Positions 47,613 through 57,263 of a stretch of DNA of 64,000 bases are shown in pieces. Origin of the DNA: Terriglobales bacterium (GTDB lineage Bacteria; Acidobacteriota; Terriglobia; Terriglobales; Acidobacteriaceae); the NCBI GenBank assembly GCA_035278025.1, contig DATEJK010000117.1, forward strand, positions 11,293 through 75,292, read 5' to 3'. The position numbers and the translations under genes were made by a program. Numbering within the stretch: the stretch's first letter is position 1; each line of letters opens with the position of its first letter. The notes under the pieces were generated by a model. The model was given only the letters and a program-made list of their open reading frames with translations, searched no databases and was not told the origin of the DNA.

Positions 47613-50018
47613 ATGGATAACTCAAGCCCAAACATTCCGCCTGGCTGGCCGGGCATTCCGCCGCGCTGGACCTCCAGCGCGAAAAACGGGGTGGGCACAG
47701 CGCTCAGCCCTTCCAGCCGGGTGTGGTTTACGCTCAGTCACGGCATTGTGAATGAAATTTATTTTCCCCGGGTAGACATTGCCTGCACCCGCGACCTGGG
47801 GCTGATCATCACCGACGGCCGCTTCTACTTTTCCGAGGAAAAACGGCATGCCACGTCGGAGGTCAACTATCTGGCGCCGGGGGTGCCCGCCTATCGCCTG
47901 GTCAACACGGCGATGGACGGGCGCTACAGGATCGAGAAGGAAATCTGCACCGATCCGTGCCGCCACGTGTGCCTGCAAAAAATTCGTTTTCAGCCGCTGA
48001 AAGGGAGTTTGGCCGACTACCACGTTTATGTATTGCTGGCGCCCCACCTGGCTAATTGCGGATACGGCAATACTGGTTTTCTGGGCGACTACAAGGGCAC
48101 GCCCATGCTCTATGCCTCGCGCGATGGGTACGGGCTGGCGCTGGCTTCCTCAGCCAACTGGCTGAAGCGCTCCGCCGGTTATGTGGGCACCTCGGATGGC
48201 TGGCAGGATTTATCGCGCAACTACGAAATGACATGGGAGTACCCGCGCGCGGAAAACGGCAACGTCGCCCTGACCGGAGAGGTGGACCTGGCGGGCTGCG
48301 GCGGCGAGTTTGTGCTCTCGCTGGGCTTTGGCCAGGTGGCCCCTGAAGCCGGCGGTCATGCCCTGGCCAGCCTGCTGGAAGGATATGAAACCGCGCGCCG
48401 GGAGTACGTGCAGGGCTGGCAGGAGTGGCTGCACAAAGTGGACGCGCCCGACAGTGATGGCAACCAGGATATGTTCCGCATCAGCGCCTGCGTGCTGCGT
48501 ACTCACGAAGAAAAGACGTTTCCCGGGGGCATAATTGCCAGCCTGTCCATTCCCTGGGGCTTCTCCAAGGGCGACGAAGACCTGGGAGGGTATCACCTGG
48601 TGTGGCCGCGGGACCTGGTGGAAACCGCGAGCGGTCTGCTGGCGTTGGAGGCCAATCAGGACGCGCTACGCGTGCTGGGCTACCTGCGTGTGACACAGGA
48701 AGCCGACGGTCACTGGCCGCAGAACATGTGGCTGGACGGGATCGCCTACTGGAAAGGCTTGCAGATGGACGAGACGGCGCTCCCCATCCTGCTGGTGGAC
48801 CTGCTGCGGCGGAAGGGCGCTCTGAGCGATGGGGGCTTACGCGGCTTCTGGCCGATGGTGCGGCGCGCCGCCGGATTCGTGGCGCGCAATGGCCCGGTGA
48901 CACAGCAGGACCGCTGGGAGGAGGACCCGGGTTATTCGCCTTTTACCCTGGCGGCGGAAATTGCCGGCTTGCTGGTGGCGGCCGACCTGGCTGACCTTCA
49001 CGGCGAGCCGGCTCTGGGCGTCTTTCTGCGTGAAACCGCCGATGCCTGGAATGCCAACATCGAGCGCTGGATGTACCAGGTGGGCGGACCGCTGGCGCGC
49101 AAGCTGGGAATTGACGGCTACTACGTGCGCATTGCTCCGCCGGACACCGCTGATCCTGATGCCGCCTCCCCTCTGGAAGGCTATGTGCCCATCAAGAACC
49201 GCCCGCCGGCGGATACGCTGGAGCCCGCGGCCAGCATCGTCAGCCCGGACGCACTGGCGCTGGTGCGTTTTGGGTTGCGCGCGCCCGACGATCCACGCAT
49301 TCTTTGCACGCTGAAGGCGATTGACGCTTTATTGAAAGTGGAACTGCCGCAAGGGCCTTCGTGGCACCGTTACAACGACGACGGCTACGGCGAACATGAA
49401 GACGGCTCGGCCTTCGACGGCACCGGCGTGGGCCGCGCCTGGCCGCTGCTTACCGGCGAACGGGCCCATTATGAGCTGGCGGCGGGAAGACGCGCCGCCG
49501 CCGAGGCGTTGCTGCACAGCATGGAGAAATCGGCTGATGAGAGCGGGCTGATTCCGGAGCAGGTGTGGGACACACCCGACATTCCAGCGCTCGAGTTGTT
49601 CTTTGGGCGGCCTTCGGGATCGGCGCGGCCCCTGGTGTGGGCGCATGCGGAATATCTGAAACTGCGGCATTCTCTGCGCGACGGCAAAGTTTTCGACCAG
49701 CCGCCGCAAACCTATCAGCGTTACGTGTTGGCGAAGCAGCGGGGCACGGTTTTTATATGGAGCTTCAACCACAAGCTGCGCAATATGCCGCCCGGCTTGG
49801 TGTTGCGCCTGCAAACCTTGTCGCCGGCGATGGCGCACTGGAGCACGAATGGCTGGCGCACCACCCAGGACAGCACCGCGCGCGATATGGGAATCGGCAC
49901 CTACGTGGTGGACCTGCCCACGAACAAGCTGCCTTCGGGCAGCAGCGTGGTGTTCACGTTTTATTGGACCGAGGATAAACGCTGGGAAGGAACGAATTTT
50001 GAGGTGAAGGTGGAATAA
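47613..50018 (+). CDS. Glycoside hydrolase family 15 glucoamylase/glucodextranase-like enzyme
   Basis: 801 aa. N-terminal beta-sandwich plus (alpha/alpha)6 catalytic domain with YHLVWPRD and QDRWEEDPGYSPFTLAAEIAG motifs. Confidence 0.88.
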   Translation: MDNSSPNIPPGWPGIPPRWTSSAKNGVGTALSPSSRVWFTLSHGIVNEIYFPRVDIACTRDLGLIITDGRFYFSEEKRHATSEVNYLAPGVPAYRLVNTAMDGRYRIEKEICTDPCRHVCLQKIRFQPLKGSLADYHVYVLLAPHLANCGYGNTGFLGDYKGTPMLYASRDGYGLALASSANWLKRSAGYVGTSDGWQDLSRNYEMTWEYPRAENGNVALTGEVDLAGCGGEFVLSLGFGQVAPEAGGHALASLLEGYETARREYVQGWQEWLHKVDAPDSDGNQDMFRISACVLRTHEEKTFPGGIIASLSIPWGFSKGDEDLGGYHLVWPRDLVETASGLLALEANQDALRVLGYLRVTQEADGHWPQNMWLDGIAYWKGLQMDETALPILLVDLLRRKGALSDGGLRGFWPMVRRAAGFVARNGPVTQQDRWEEDPGYSPFTLAAEIAGLLVAADLADLHGEPALGVFLRETADAWNANIERWMYQVGGPLARKLGIDGYYVRIAPPDTADPDAASPLEGYVPIKNRPPADTLEPAASIVSPDALALVRFGLRAPDDPRILCTLKAIDALLKVELPQGPSWHRYNDDGYGEHEDGSAFDGTGVGRAWPLLTGERAHYELAAGRRAAAEALLHSMEKSADESGLIPEQVWDTPDIPALELFFGRPSGSARPLVWAHAEYLKLRHSLRDGKVFDQPPQTYQRYVLAKQRGTVFIWSFNHKLRNMPPGLVLRLQTLSPAMAHWSTNGWRTTQDSTARDMGIGTYVVDLPTNKLPSGSSVVFTFYWTEDKRWEGTNFEVKVE

Positions 50019-50020
50019 AA

Positions 50021-50196
50021 GCAGCAATCAGCATTCAGCAGTCAGCATTCAGCCGGGAAGCATTTGGCAATTAGCACTTGGCATTTAGCCCGTAAAGAGT
50101 AGTGCTGATTGCGACGGAACATCGTGAAAGGCTAAGTGCTAATGGCTAAGTGCTAGTGGCTCACGGCTGAATGCAGATTGCTGAGTGCTGAATGCT
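50021..50196. repeat. 176-bp two-tier imperfect palindrome exactly filling the spacer between convergent GH15 and HAD genes
   Basis: Outer arms 50021-50054 (GCAGCAATCAGCATTCAGCAGTCAGCATTCAGCC) and 50165-50196 are complementary at 28 of 32 positions (my alignment). Inner arms 50060-50090 (GCATTTGGCAATTAGCACTTGGCATTTAGCC) and 50130-50160 match at 21 of 31. The right end overlaps the HAD stop codon. Confidence 0.85.
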
Positions 50197-50863
50197 AGCC
50201 GAGCGTGACTTCCAGCCGGCCATCGCCATCGAGCCGCGTCCGCACCTGCGACAAGTCGCCAACCACCGCGTGGGCGAGCGTCAACTCGGCGGCGGGATAG
50301 GTGGTGGCCACGCCGATTGCGCTCATGCCGGCGGCACGCGCAGCTTCGATTCCGGCGGGCGCGTCCTCAAACACCAGGCAATCTTGGGGGGAGAGCCCGA
50401 GCAGTTCAGCGCCCTTCAGATAGGGTTCGGGATGCGGCTTCCCCAGTGTGACTTCGTCGGCGGTGACGAAGACGGCGGGGGCGGGGAGTCCGTTGGTTGC
50501 GAGGCGGCGCGTGGCCAGATAGCGCGTGCCTGAAGTGACCACCGCCCAGCGCTGCGCGGGCAACGTAGAGAGCAATTCCAGGGCTCCATGAACGCGCCCG
50601 ACGCCGTCGGTGTCGTTGGCCTCGCGGCGCTCCAGGCGCACAGTTTCCGCCTCGGCATCGAGATGGGGGGCGAGCAGGCGAATGGTTTCCAGTGTGCGGC
50701 GGCCATGAGCAACGCGCACGGCCTCTTCGGGCGAGACATTGTGTTCCGCCGCCCACAAAGCCCAGAAGCGAGCGACAGAAGCAGTGGAATCCACCAGCAC
50801 GCCATCCAGATCGAAGAGTATGGCGGCACAGGAAAAGACTCGCCGGGAGGGAATGGGAATCAT
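50195..50863 (-). CDS. HAD-superfamily hydrolase (beta-phosphoglucomutase/phosphatase-like subfamily IA)
   Basis: 222 aa. Motif I FDLDGVLVDS, motif II VVTSG, motif III/IV K...VFEDAPAGIEAARAAGM. Confidence 0.88.
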   Translation of the reverse strand: MIPIPSRRVFSCAAILFDLDGVLVDSTASVARFWALWAAEHNVSPEEAVRVAHGRRTLETIRLLAPHLDAEAETVRLERREANDTDGVGRVHGALELLSTLPAQRWAVVTSGTRYLATRRLATNGLPAPAVFVTADEVTLGKPHPEPYLKGAELLGLSPQDCLVFEDAPAGIEAARAAGMSAIGVATTYPAAELTLAHAVVGDLSQVRTRLDGDGRLEVTLG

Positions 50864-51531
50864 ACGGAGGGCGCGGGCGCCAGAGCCAGGCGCTCGCGCA
50901 CGCTCAGGTGCTTCTGGCGGAAGTGGGCGTTGGCGCGTTCGCCCCAGGCGCGGACGAAATAATAATTCAGGCCGCCGCCGATAAATGAGCTGGCAATGGG
51001 AATCAGCCGGCCCGACCAGCGTTCCACCACATCGGCGCTGGCCTGCACGGCAATGCGGCGGATAACACGCGGCACCATGCGGCTGACCACTTCTTTCTCC
51101 AGAAACTCGCGGCTGAGGTCTACGCCGGCGGCGCTGGCGGTGGCCAGCCAGAGCTCGGCGGTTTCTTCATCGGTGTTGAATTCAAAGCCGTACACCAGGC
51201 TCAGCTTCTGGATGGTGCGGAGGGTGATGGCAGCCAGGATGCTCAAGTCGGGAAGCACGGTTAGAACGCCGCCCAGTCCCAGACCCGCGCCTTCCACGGC
51301 GGCGATCTTCATAGCCGCGCGAATGGTCTGGGAGGCAACCTCATCCAATTGCGTAATGTCCAGCGAGTAAACGCCGCGATAAGTGGAAATGGGCAGGCTG
51401 TGGGCGGCCTGCAACTGCAGCAGGAAACGGTTAGGGTCCACCTTTACGGTTTCATAAGCTTCGGTAAAACCGCGGCGCAGCGCATTCTCGGCCCGCCGCC
51501 GCAACCAGGAGTTCTTGTTTACACCCGACAT
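50860..51531 (-). CDS. EcsC-family protein
   Basis: 223 aa. Pattern IAAVEGAGLGLGG...LSLVYGF...SFIGGGLNYYFVRAWG resembles the EcsC family, by eye. Stop overlaps the HAD start. Confidence 0.65.
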   Translation of the reverse strand: MSGVNKNSWLRRRAENALRRGFTEAYETVKVDPNRFLLQLQAAHSLPISTYRGVYSLDITQLDEVASQTIRAAMKIAAVEGAGLGLGGVLTVLPDLSILAAITLRTIQKLSLVYGFEFNTDEETAELWLATASAAGVDLSREFLEKEVVSRMVPRVIRRIAVQASADVVERWSGRLIPIASSFIGGGLNYYFVRAWGERANAHFRQKHLSVRERLALAPAPSV

Positions 51532-51670
51532 CTCTTACCACCTTACCGCATCCTGGTGGCCGGGGCAAAACCCTCAGGAGCTAAAGCTCAACCTATAAGA
51601 GCGCCTGACGGCTGAAGCCGCGCCCTTTCAAGGCCGGTTTAAACGGTACCTTCTAGGATAGGATCGCACC

Positions 51671-52132
51671 ATGCACAGGGTTATGAAACGTCACCTGCGC
51701 CGGTTTATCAATCTGTGGCCACCCCTTGCGGGCGCGGGAATCCGGGTCACGCGGCTGCAGGCGGACTGGCGGGTAATTGACGTGGAGATGAAACTGCGCT
51801 TCTGGAACGCCAATTTTGTCGGCACCCATTACGGCGGCTCGCTCTACTCCATGACCGACCCGTTTTACATGCTCATGCTGATTGAGAACCTGGGCCGCGA
51901 TTACATCGTGTGGGACAAGTCCGCCAGCATCCGTTTCCGCAAACCCGGCAAAGGCAAAGTGGTGGCCAGCTTCCGGCTGAGTGAGGAACAGATCGAATCC
52001 ATCCGGCGGCAACTGGAGATGCAGGAGAAGGTGGAGCCCACCTTTCTGGTCGAGGTAAGAGACGAGAGCGGAGAGGTGGTGGCCGAGGTGCAAAAGCTGT
52101 TGCACATCCGCAAGAAGATGAACGGCAGGTAA
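51671..52132 (+). CDS. DUF4442/YiiD-C-terminal-like hotdog-fold (thioesterase-like) protein
   Basis: 153 aa. LWPPLAGAGIRVTRL...NANFVGTHYGGSLYSMTDPFYMLML resembles DUF4442 proteins, by eye. Confidence 0.6.
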   Translation: MHRVMKRHLRRFINLWPPLAGAGIRVTRLQADWRVIDVEMKLRFWNANFVGTHYGGSLYSMTDPFYMLMLIENLGRDYIVWDKSASIRFRKPGKGKVVASFRLSEEQIESIRRQLEMQEKVEPTFLVEVRDESGEVVAEVQKLLHIRKKMNGR

Positions 52133-52196
52133 CCGGGAAGTGGCCTGCGCACTGCCCCGGAGCGGGCATTGTGCTAGCATCCAAGTAATCCAACAT

Positions 52197-53861
52197 ATGC
52201 CAACCGGCAAGCTACAGATCGTGCCCCTGGGTGGGCTCGGCGAGTTCGGTATGAACTGCATGGCCGTGCGCTGGGGCGATGAAATCATCGTCATTGACGC
52301 CGGCCTGATGTTCCCCGAGGCCGAACTGCTGGGCGTGGACATCGTCGTCCCCGACATCACCTATTTGATTGAGAACCGCGACAAGGTGAAGGCCATCGTT
52401 CTCACCCACGGTCACGAAGACCACATCGGCGGACTGCCCTGGATTCTCTCGGAAATCAACCTTCCGGTGTACGGCACCGAGTTCACCCTGGCTTACGTGG
52501 AAGACAAACTGGAGGAACACGGGTTGTTGGACGAGGCCGACCTGCGCGAGATCCGCGCCGGCGAGCGTTTCACCATCGGCCCCTTCACCATCAATCCCAT
52601 CCAGGTGACGCACAGCCTGGTGGACTGCGTTTCCCTGGCCATTCACACGCCGCTGGGCGTGATTATCCACACCGGCGACTTTAAGGTGGACCCCACGCCC
52701 ACCGACAACCGCCTGTTCGACCTGCATGCTTTCGCCGAATACGGCAAGGAAGGCGTGCTGGCGCTGTTCCAGGACTCGACCAACATCGAGCGCCCGGGGT
52801 ATACGCCCAGCGAACGCGCGGTGCGCCGGAAGTTCGATGAAGTGTTCGCCTGGTCGGAGCGGCGCCTGTTCATCTCCTGCTTCTCCTCCTCTATTCACCG
52901 CATCAAGCTGGCTTTCGAACTGGCCTACGGGTACAACCGCAAAGTGGCGCTGGTAGGGCGGTCCATGGCGGACTCGGCGGAGATCGCCTCCGACCTGGGA
53001 TACATTGACGTGCCCGACGGGCTGCTGATCCATCCCGGCGAGGTGAAGAATTTTCCGCCGCATAAAGTATGCGTGCTTATCAGCGGCACCCAGGGCGAAC
53101 CCATGTCCGCGCTGTCGCGGGCCGCGGTGGACAACCACAAGCACGCCAAGATTGAGCCTGGCGACACGGTGGTGCTTTCCTCACGCATCATTCCGGGGAA
53201 TGAGAAGGCCATCTACCGCATGATTGACCACCTGTTCCGGCGAGAGGCCCACGTCATCTATGAGGATGGCTCGCACCCGCCGGTGCACGTGAGCGGCCAC
53301 GCCAGCCAGGAAGAGCTCAAACTGATTATCAACCTGGTGAAGCCGCGCTACTTTATCCCCATTCACGGCGAATACCGGCAGCTGCGCCGGCACGCCGAAC
53401 TGGGCGCTTCCATGAAGGGAGCGGTGGGAAAAGTTATGTCCATTGAGAGCGGCGACATTCTGGAGTTCGATGAAATGGGCGCGCGTAAGGCTGGGCGAGT
53501 ACCCGTGGGACGGGTTTGCATTGATTCGGGCTCACGCACGGATGTGGTCGAAGACCTGGTAATCCGCGACCGCCGCCACCTGAGCGAGGACGGGATCGTG
53601 CTGCCCATCATTGCCATCAACAAGCTAACCGGCCGGGTGGAGACCGCGCCCGAAATTGTGATGCGCGGCTTTGCCGCCGGCGAAGATGGCTTTCTGCCTG
53701 AGGCTCGCCAGGTCGTGCTGCAGACTTTGGAGGTCTCCAGCGACGAAGAAAAAGCGGATTACGGCGTTATTAAGGAAAAGATCCGCCAGGACCTGAAGCG
53801 ATTCATCGTGAAGCGCTCGGCGCGGCGTCCATTGATCATGCCGGTGATTCTTGAAATTTAG
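52197..53861 (+). CDS. rnj: Ribonuclease J (metallo-beta-lactamase/beta-CASP)
   Basis: Start moved to ATG 52197 (MPTGKLQIVPLGGLGEFGMNC). HGHEDHIGG motif, beta-CASP region and HVSGHASQEEL. Confidence 0.93.
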   Translation: MPTGKLQIVPLGGLGEFGMNCMAVRWGDEIIVIDAGLMFPEAELLGVDIVVPDITYLIENRDKVKAIVLTHGHEDHIGGLPWILSEINLPVYGTEFTLAYVEDKLEEHGLLDEADLREIRAGERFTIGPFTINPIQVTHSLVDCVSLAIHTPLGVIIHTGDFKVDPTPTDNRLFDLHAFAEYGKEGVLALFQDSTNIERPGYTPSERAVRRKFDEVFAWSERRLFISCFSSSIHRIKLAFELAYGYNRKVALVGRSMADSAEIASDLGYIDVPDGLLIHPGEVKNFPPHKVCVLISGTQGEPMSALSRAAVDNHKHAKIEPGDTVVLSSRIIPGNEKAIYRMIDHLFRREAHVIYEDGSHPPVHVSGHASQEELKLIINLVKPRYFIPIHGEYRQLRRHAELGASMKGAVGKVMSIESGDILEFDEMGARKAGRVPVGRVCIDSGSRTDVVEDLVIRDRRHLSEDGIVLPIIAINKLTGRVETAPEIVMRGFAAGEDGFLPEARQVVLQTLEVSSDEEKADYGVIKEKIRQDLKRFIVKRSARRPLIMPVILEI

Positions 53862-53920
53862 TAGCTGCCAGCTGGTAGTTGGTGGACCGTGGTACCCCGC
53901 CATACAAACTACCAGCTACT
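53860..53920. terminator. Hairpin built from AGTAGCTG/CTGGTAGTT words, starting inside the RNase J stop codon
   Basis: AGTAGCTG (53860-53867) pairs with CAGCTACT (53913-53920), 8 of 8. CTGGTAGTT (53872-53880) pairs with AACTACCAG (53907-53915), 9 of 9. Confidence 0.5.
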
Positions 53921-54054
53921 TGTTTCCAAAGGTACAGGGACCCACGTTTCACACTCACCTTCGCAGGACCCGCTAAACTAGACTTAAGTTTTCGGAGACC
54001 GCCACCATTATTACCCTCGAGCAAATCAGGCAAGCGCAGCAGCGCCTGCAGGAC

Positions 54055-55002
54055 GTGGCTGTGCGCACGCACCTGGTGCTTTCGCACCTGCCGCAGCAGG
54101 AGGATCCCAAGGATTCGCGAGAGCTTTATCTGAAGCCGGAAAATCTGCAGCCCGTCGGCTCCTTCAAACTGCGCGGCGCCTACAACAAGATCGCTTCCCT
54201 TTCTCAGGAAGAACGCCGCCGCGGGGTCATCGCTTACTCCAGCGGCAATCACGCGCAGGGGGTGGCCTATGCGGCGAGGGCACTGGGGGTGCGTGCGGTG
54301 ATTGTAATGCCGCGCACGGCTCCCGCCATCAAGCGGGAAAGCACGGCGGCCATGGGGGCGGAACTGGTGCTGGTGGGGCCGGGCAGCGAAGAGCGCCGCA
54401 CCCGCGCCGAGGAACTTGCGGCCGAGCATGGCTACGTGGTGGTGCCACCCTACAACGATGAAAGCATCATCGCAGGGCAAGCCACGATCGGCCTGGAAAT
54501 TCTGGAGGACCTGCCCGAAGTGGAGACCATTCTGGCGCCGGTGGGAGGCGGCGGCTTGGTCAGCGGCATCGCAGCCGCGGTCAAGCAGGCGGGCAGCCGC
54601 TGCAAGGTCATTGGTGTGGAGCCGGAGCTGGCGGCCGACGCCCTGGCCAGCATGAAGGCGGGACATGTGGTTTCCTGGACTGCGGAGCAGACCACCTCCA
54701 CCATCGCGGACGGCTTGCGCACGCAGAGCGTGGGCGAGATCTCCTTCGCCCACATCCGAAAATATGTGGACGGCATAGTGGCGGTCAAAGAAGACGAAAT
54801 TCGCCAGGCCATGCGCCTGCTGGCCGCCAATCCCCGGCTGGTGGCTGAAGCCAGCGGCGCCGTGACCGTGGCCGCATTCCTCTACCATCGCACTGAACTT
54901 CCGCAAACCCGCATCAACGTGGCTGTAATCAGCGGCGGCAACGTCGAACCCAAGATGCTGGCGGAAATTGTGGAGCAGGAGCCGGCGGTCAAGGGCCGAT
55001 AG
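54055..55002 (+). CDS. Threonine dehydratase/serine-threonine ammonia-lyase (PLP fold type II, no regulatory domain); true start probably upstream
   Basis: PLP-lysine motif SFKLRGA and glycine loop GGGGLVSG. The frame is open from 53977, and the upstream in-frame codons encode the conserved N-terminus ITLEQIRQAQQRLQDV with no ATG, GTG or TTG available. Confidence 0.85.
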   Translation: MAVRTHLVLSHLPQQEDPKDSRELYLKPENLQPVGSFKLRGAYNKIASLSQEERRRGVIAYSSGNHAQGVAYAARALGVRAVIVMPRTAPAIKRESTAAMGAELVLVGPGSEERRTRAEELAAEHGYVVVPPYNDESIIAGQATIGLEILEDLPEVETILAPVGGGGLVSGIAAAVKQAGSRCKVIGVEPELAADALASMKAGHVVSWTAEQTTSTIADGLRTQSVGEISFAHIRKYVDGIVAVKEDEIRQAMRLLAANPRLVAEASGAVTVAAFLYHRTELPQTRINVAVISGGNVEPKMLAEIVEQEPAVKGR

Positions 55003-55104
55003 CCGCGAACGCTACCCCCGAGCTTCTTGCATAAAATCACCTCCATACTTGCGGTGGTGAGCACGCCGGGTCTATAGTCTCGACGCGCCAATTGGAGGGA
55101 CCTT

Positions 55105-55881
55105 ATGGCCACTGCGCCCGCCGATGTATTCCATTTACCGCAGCAGCCCGCTTTTATCAGTCCGGAAGAAGAGCGGCGCCATCGCAAGCAGCGCCTGGCA
55201 GCGGCTTTCCGGCTGTTTGCCGCCTATGGATTTGATGAAGGAGTGGCCGGCCACATCACAGCGCGCGATCCGGAGCGACCCGACCATTTCTGGGTGAATC
55301 CCTTCGGCATACACTTCGGCCAGATCCGCGCCTCTGACCTCATTCTGGTGAACCAGCAGGGCCAGGTGGTGGAGGGCAGGTATCCGGTGAACGCGGCCGC
55401 CTTTGCCATCCACTCGCGCGTGCATGCAGCCCGGCCGGACGTGGTGGCGGCGGCGCACTCGCATTCCCTGTACGGACGGACCTGGTCAACCCTGGGCCGC
55501 CTGCTCGATCCGCTCACCCAGGATGCCTGCGCGTTTTATGAAGACCATGGCCTGTTTGCCGATTTTACCGGGGTGGTTTATGAAACTTCCGAAGCTGAGC
55601 GCATCGCCCAGGCGCTGGGCGGTTACAAAGCGGTTATCCTGCGCAACCACGGACTGCTTACCGTGGGGAGCACCGTGGATGAGGCGGCGTGGTGGTTCAT
55701 CACCATGGACCGGAGTTGCCATTCCCAGCTATTAGCGGAGGCCGCCGGCACGCCGGTAAAGATTGAACCCTCCCACGCCCGCGCCACGCGTGAACTGCTG
55801 GGCAACCACCAGGCGGGCTGGTTCCAGTTTCAGCCGCTTTGGGCGCGCATCACGCGCGAGCAGCCGGATTTGCTGGAATAG
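55105..55881 (+). CDS. Class II aldolase/adducin-family protein
   Basis: 258 aa. SD GGAGGG. GHITARD...IHSRVHAARPDVVAAAHSHS...LRNHGLLTVG pattern with zinc-ligand histidines. Confidence 0.88.
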   Translation: MATAPADVFHLPQQPAFISPEEERRHRKQRLAAAFRLFAAYGFDEGVAGHITARDPERPDHFWVNPFGIHFGQIRASDLILVNQQGQVVEGRYPVNAAAFAIHSRVHAARPDVVAAAHSHSLYGRTWSTLGRLLDPLTQDACAFYEDHGLFADFTGVVYETSEAERIAQALGGYKAVILRNHGLLTVGSTVDEAAWWFITMDRSCHSQLLAEAAGTPVKIEPSHARATRELLGNHQAGWFQFQPLWARITREQPDLLE

Positions 55882-55913
55882 AACCAGTTGCATTCACCGT
55901 CGGGATGCCGGGT

Positions 55914-57263
55914 TCATAGAGAACTTGGGCTTGACCGCGAAAAGATAACAGGCTGATCTTGAACCTCAGGTGCCGGTTCTGCTGAGCCGGCGCCAGTTTC
56001 GAGATTCGGCTCGCCGCGCAAGGCTCGGCGCAACTGTGCCGCATCTACCTCACCTTCCCAGCGGCTCACCGCAAGAGTGGCCACACCATTGCCGATCACG
56101 TTAGCCAGGGCGCGACATTCGCTCATCAGCTTGTCCACTCCCAGCAGCAGGGCGAGCGACGCCACCGGTATCTGCGGGACAACACTGAGCATGGCCGCCA
56201 CTTTGACGAAGGCGCCGCCGGGCACCCCTGCGCCGCCCGTGGAAGCGATGAATGACACCAGCAGGATGCGCACTTCCTGGCCAAAGGTGAAGTGCACGTT
56301 GTTGGCCTGGGCCAGGAAGAACACGGCCAGCGTCATATAGATGTTGGCCCCGGCATTGTTGAAGCTGTAGCCCATGGGAAAAACAAGCCCGACGGTGGAA
56401 TCGGCCGAGCCCAGGTTGCGCAGCTTGCGGATCATGTCGGGAATCACGGTTTCCGAGGAACTGGTGCCCACCACGATCATCAGCTCATCCTTGATGTAGG
56501 CAAGGAAACGAAACAGCGAAAACCCCGACAGCCGGGCGATGATGCCCAGAATCACCAGCACGAAGAGGATCGCGGCCACATAGAAGGCGACTACCAGTTT
56601 CGCCAGGCTGGAGAGCGAGGTTAAGTCGTAGGCTCCGACGGTGAAGGCCATGGCGCCAAAGGCGCCGAGGGGCGCCAGCCGAACGATGATGCGCACGATG
56701 CCAAAAAATACCTTGGTGGCCAGTTCCACGGCTTCGCCCGCGCGCTTGCCCGCCTCTCCCATGCGCGCCATGGCGAATCCGCACAGCACCGCCAGCAGCA
56801 CAACCGGAAGAACGCTGCCGTGCACGAAAGCACCAACGAAAGTCTGGGGAATAATCTCCAGCAGCCAGCTGCCGAAGCCCGGGTTCCTGGAGTGGGCGGC
56901 AAAATGGGTGGCCTGGTGCAGGCTGAGCGAAGCGGTGAGCTGGCTCAATCCGCTGCCAGTGCGGCCAATCTGTGCGGCCAGCATTCCCATGACCAGCGTG
57001 ATGGCCGAAACCACGGCAAAGTAGGCCAGGGTCTTCAGCCCCACCCGCCCCAACTTCTTCATGTCGGTCATGGAGGCAATGCCCTGCACCAGGACCCCGA
57101 AGATGAGGGGCCCGATCATCATCTGGATGAGGGCAATGAAGGCGTCGCCCAGGGGCTTGAGGGCGAGGCCCAGCTTAGGGAAGAAATGTCCGACAGCGAT
57201 GCCCAGGACGATGCCCATCATCGTCTGGGCGTAAAGACCGGTGTACCAGGAACGCGGCTTCAC
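55914..57263 (-). CDS. Dicarboxylate/amino acid:cation symporter (DAACS, DctA/GltP-like)
   Basis: 449 aa, polytopic. Motifs MMIGPLIFGVLV, SSSETVIP and GVPGGAF are typical of the family. Start overlaps the upstream gene stop by 4 nt. Confidence 0.92.
   Translation of the reverse strand: MKPRSWYTGLYAQTMMGIVLGIAVGHFFPKLGLALKPLGDAFIALIQMMIGPLIFGVLVQGIASMTDMKKLGRVGLKTLAYFAVVSAITLVMGMLAAQIGRTGSGLSQLTASLSLHQATHFAAHSRNPGFGSWLLEIIPQTFVGAFVHGSVLPVVLLAVLCGFAMARMGEAGKRAGEAVELATKVFFGIVRIIVRLAPLGAFGAMAFTVGAYDLTSLSSLAKLVVAFYVAAILFVLVILGIIARLSGFSLFRFLAYIKDELMIVVGTSSSETVIPDMIRKLRNLGSADSTVGLVFPMGYSFNNAGANIYMTLAVFFLAQANNVHFTFGQEVRILLVSFIASTGGAGVPGGAFVKVAAMLSVVPQIPVASLALLLGVDKLMSECRALANVIGNGVATLAVSRWEGEVDAAQLRRALRGEPNLETGAGSAEPAPEVQDQPVIFSRSSPSSL

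Noticed and set aside
53998-54015. Thr/Ile-rich codon run (T-A-T-I-I-T) as a possible attenuator leader peptide for the threonine dehydratase gene
   Set aside because: The codons are in frame with and contiguous to the enzyme's conserved N-terminal helix. There is no separate start or stop, so it is more simply the beginning of the protein itself.
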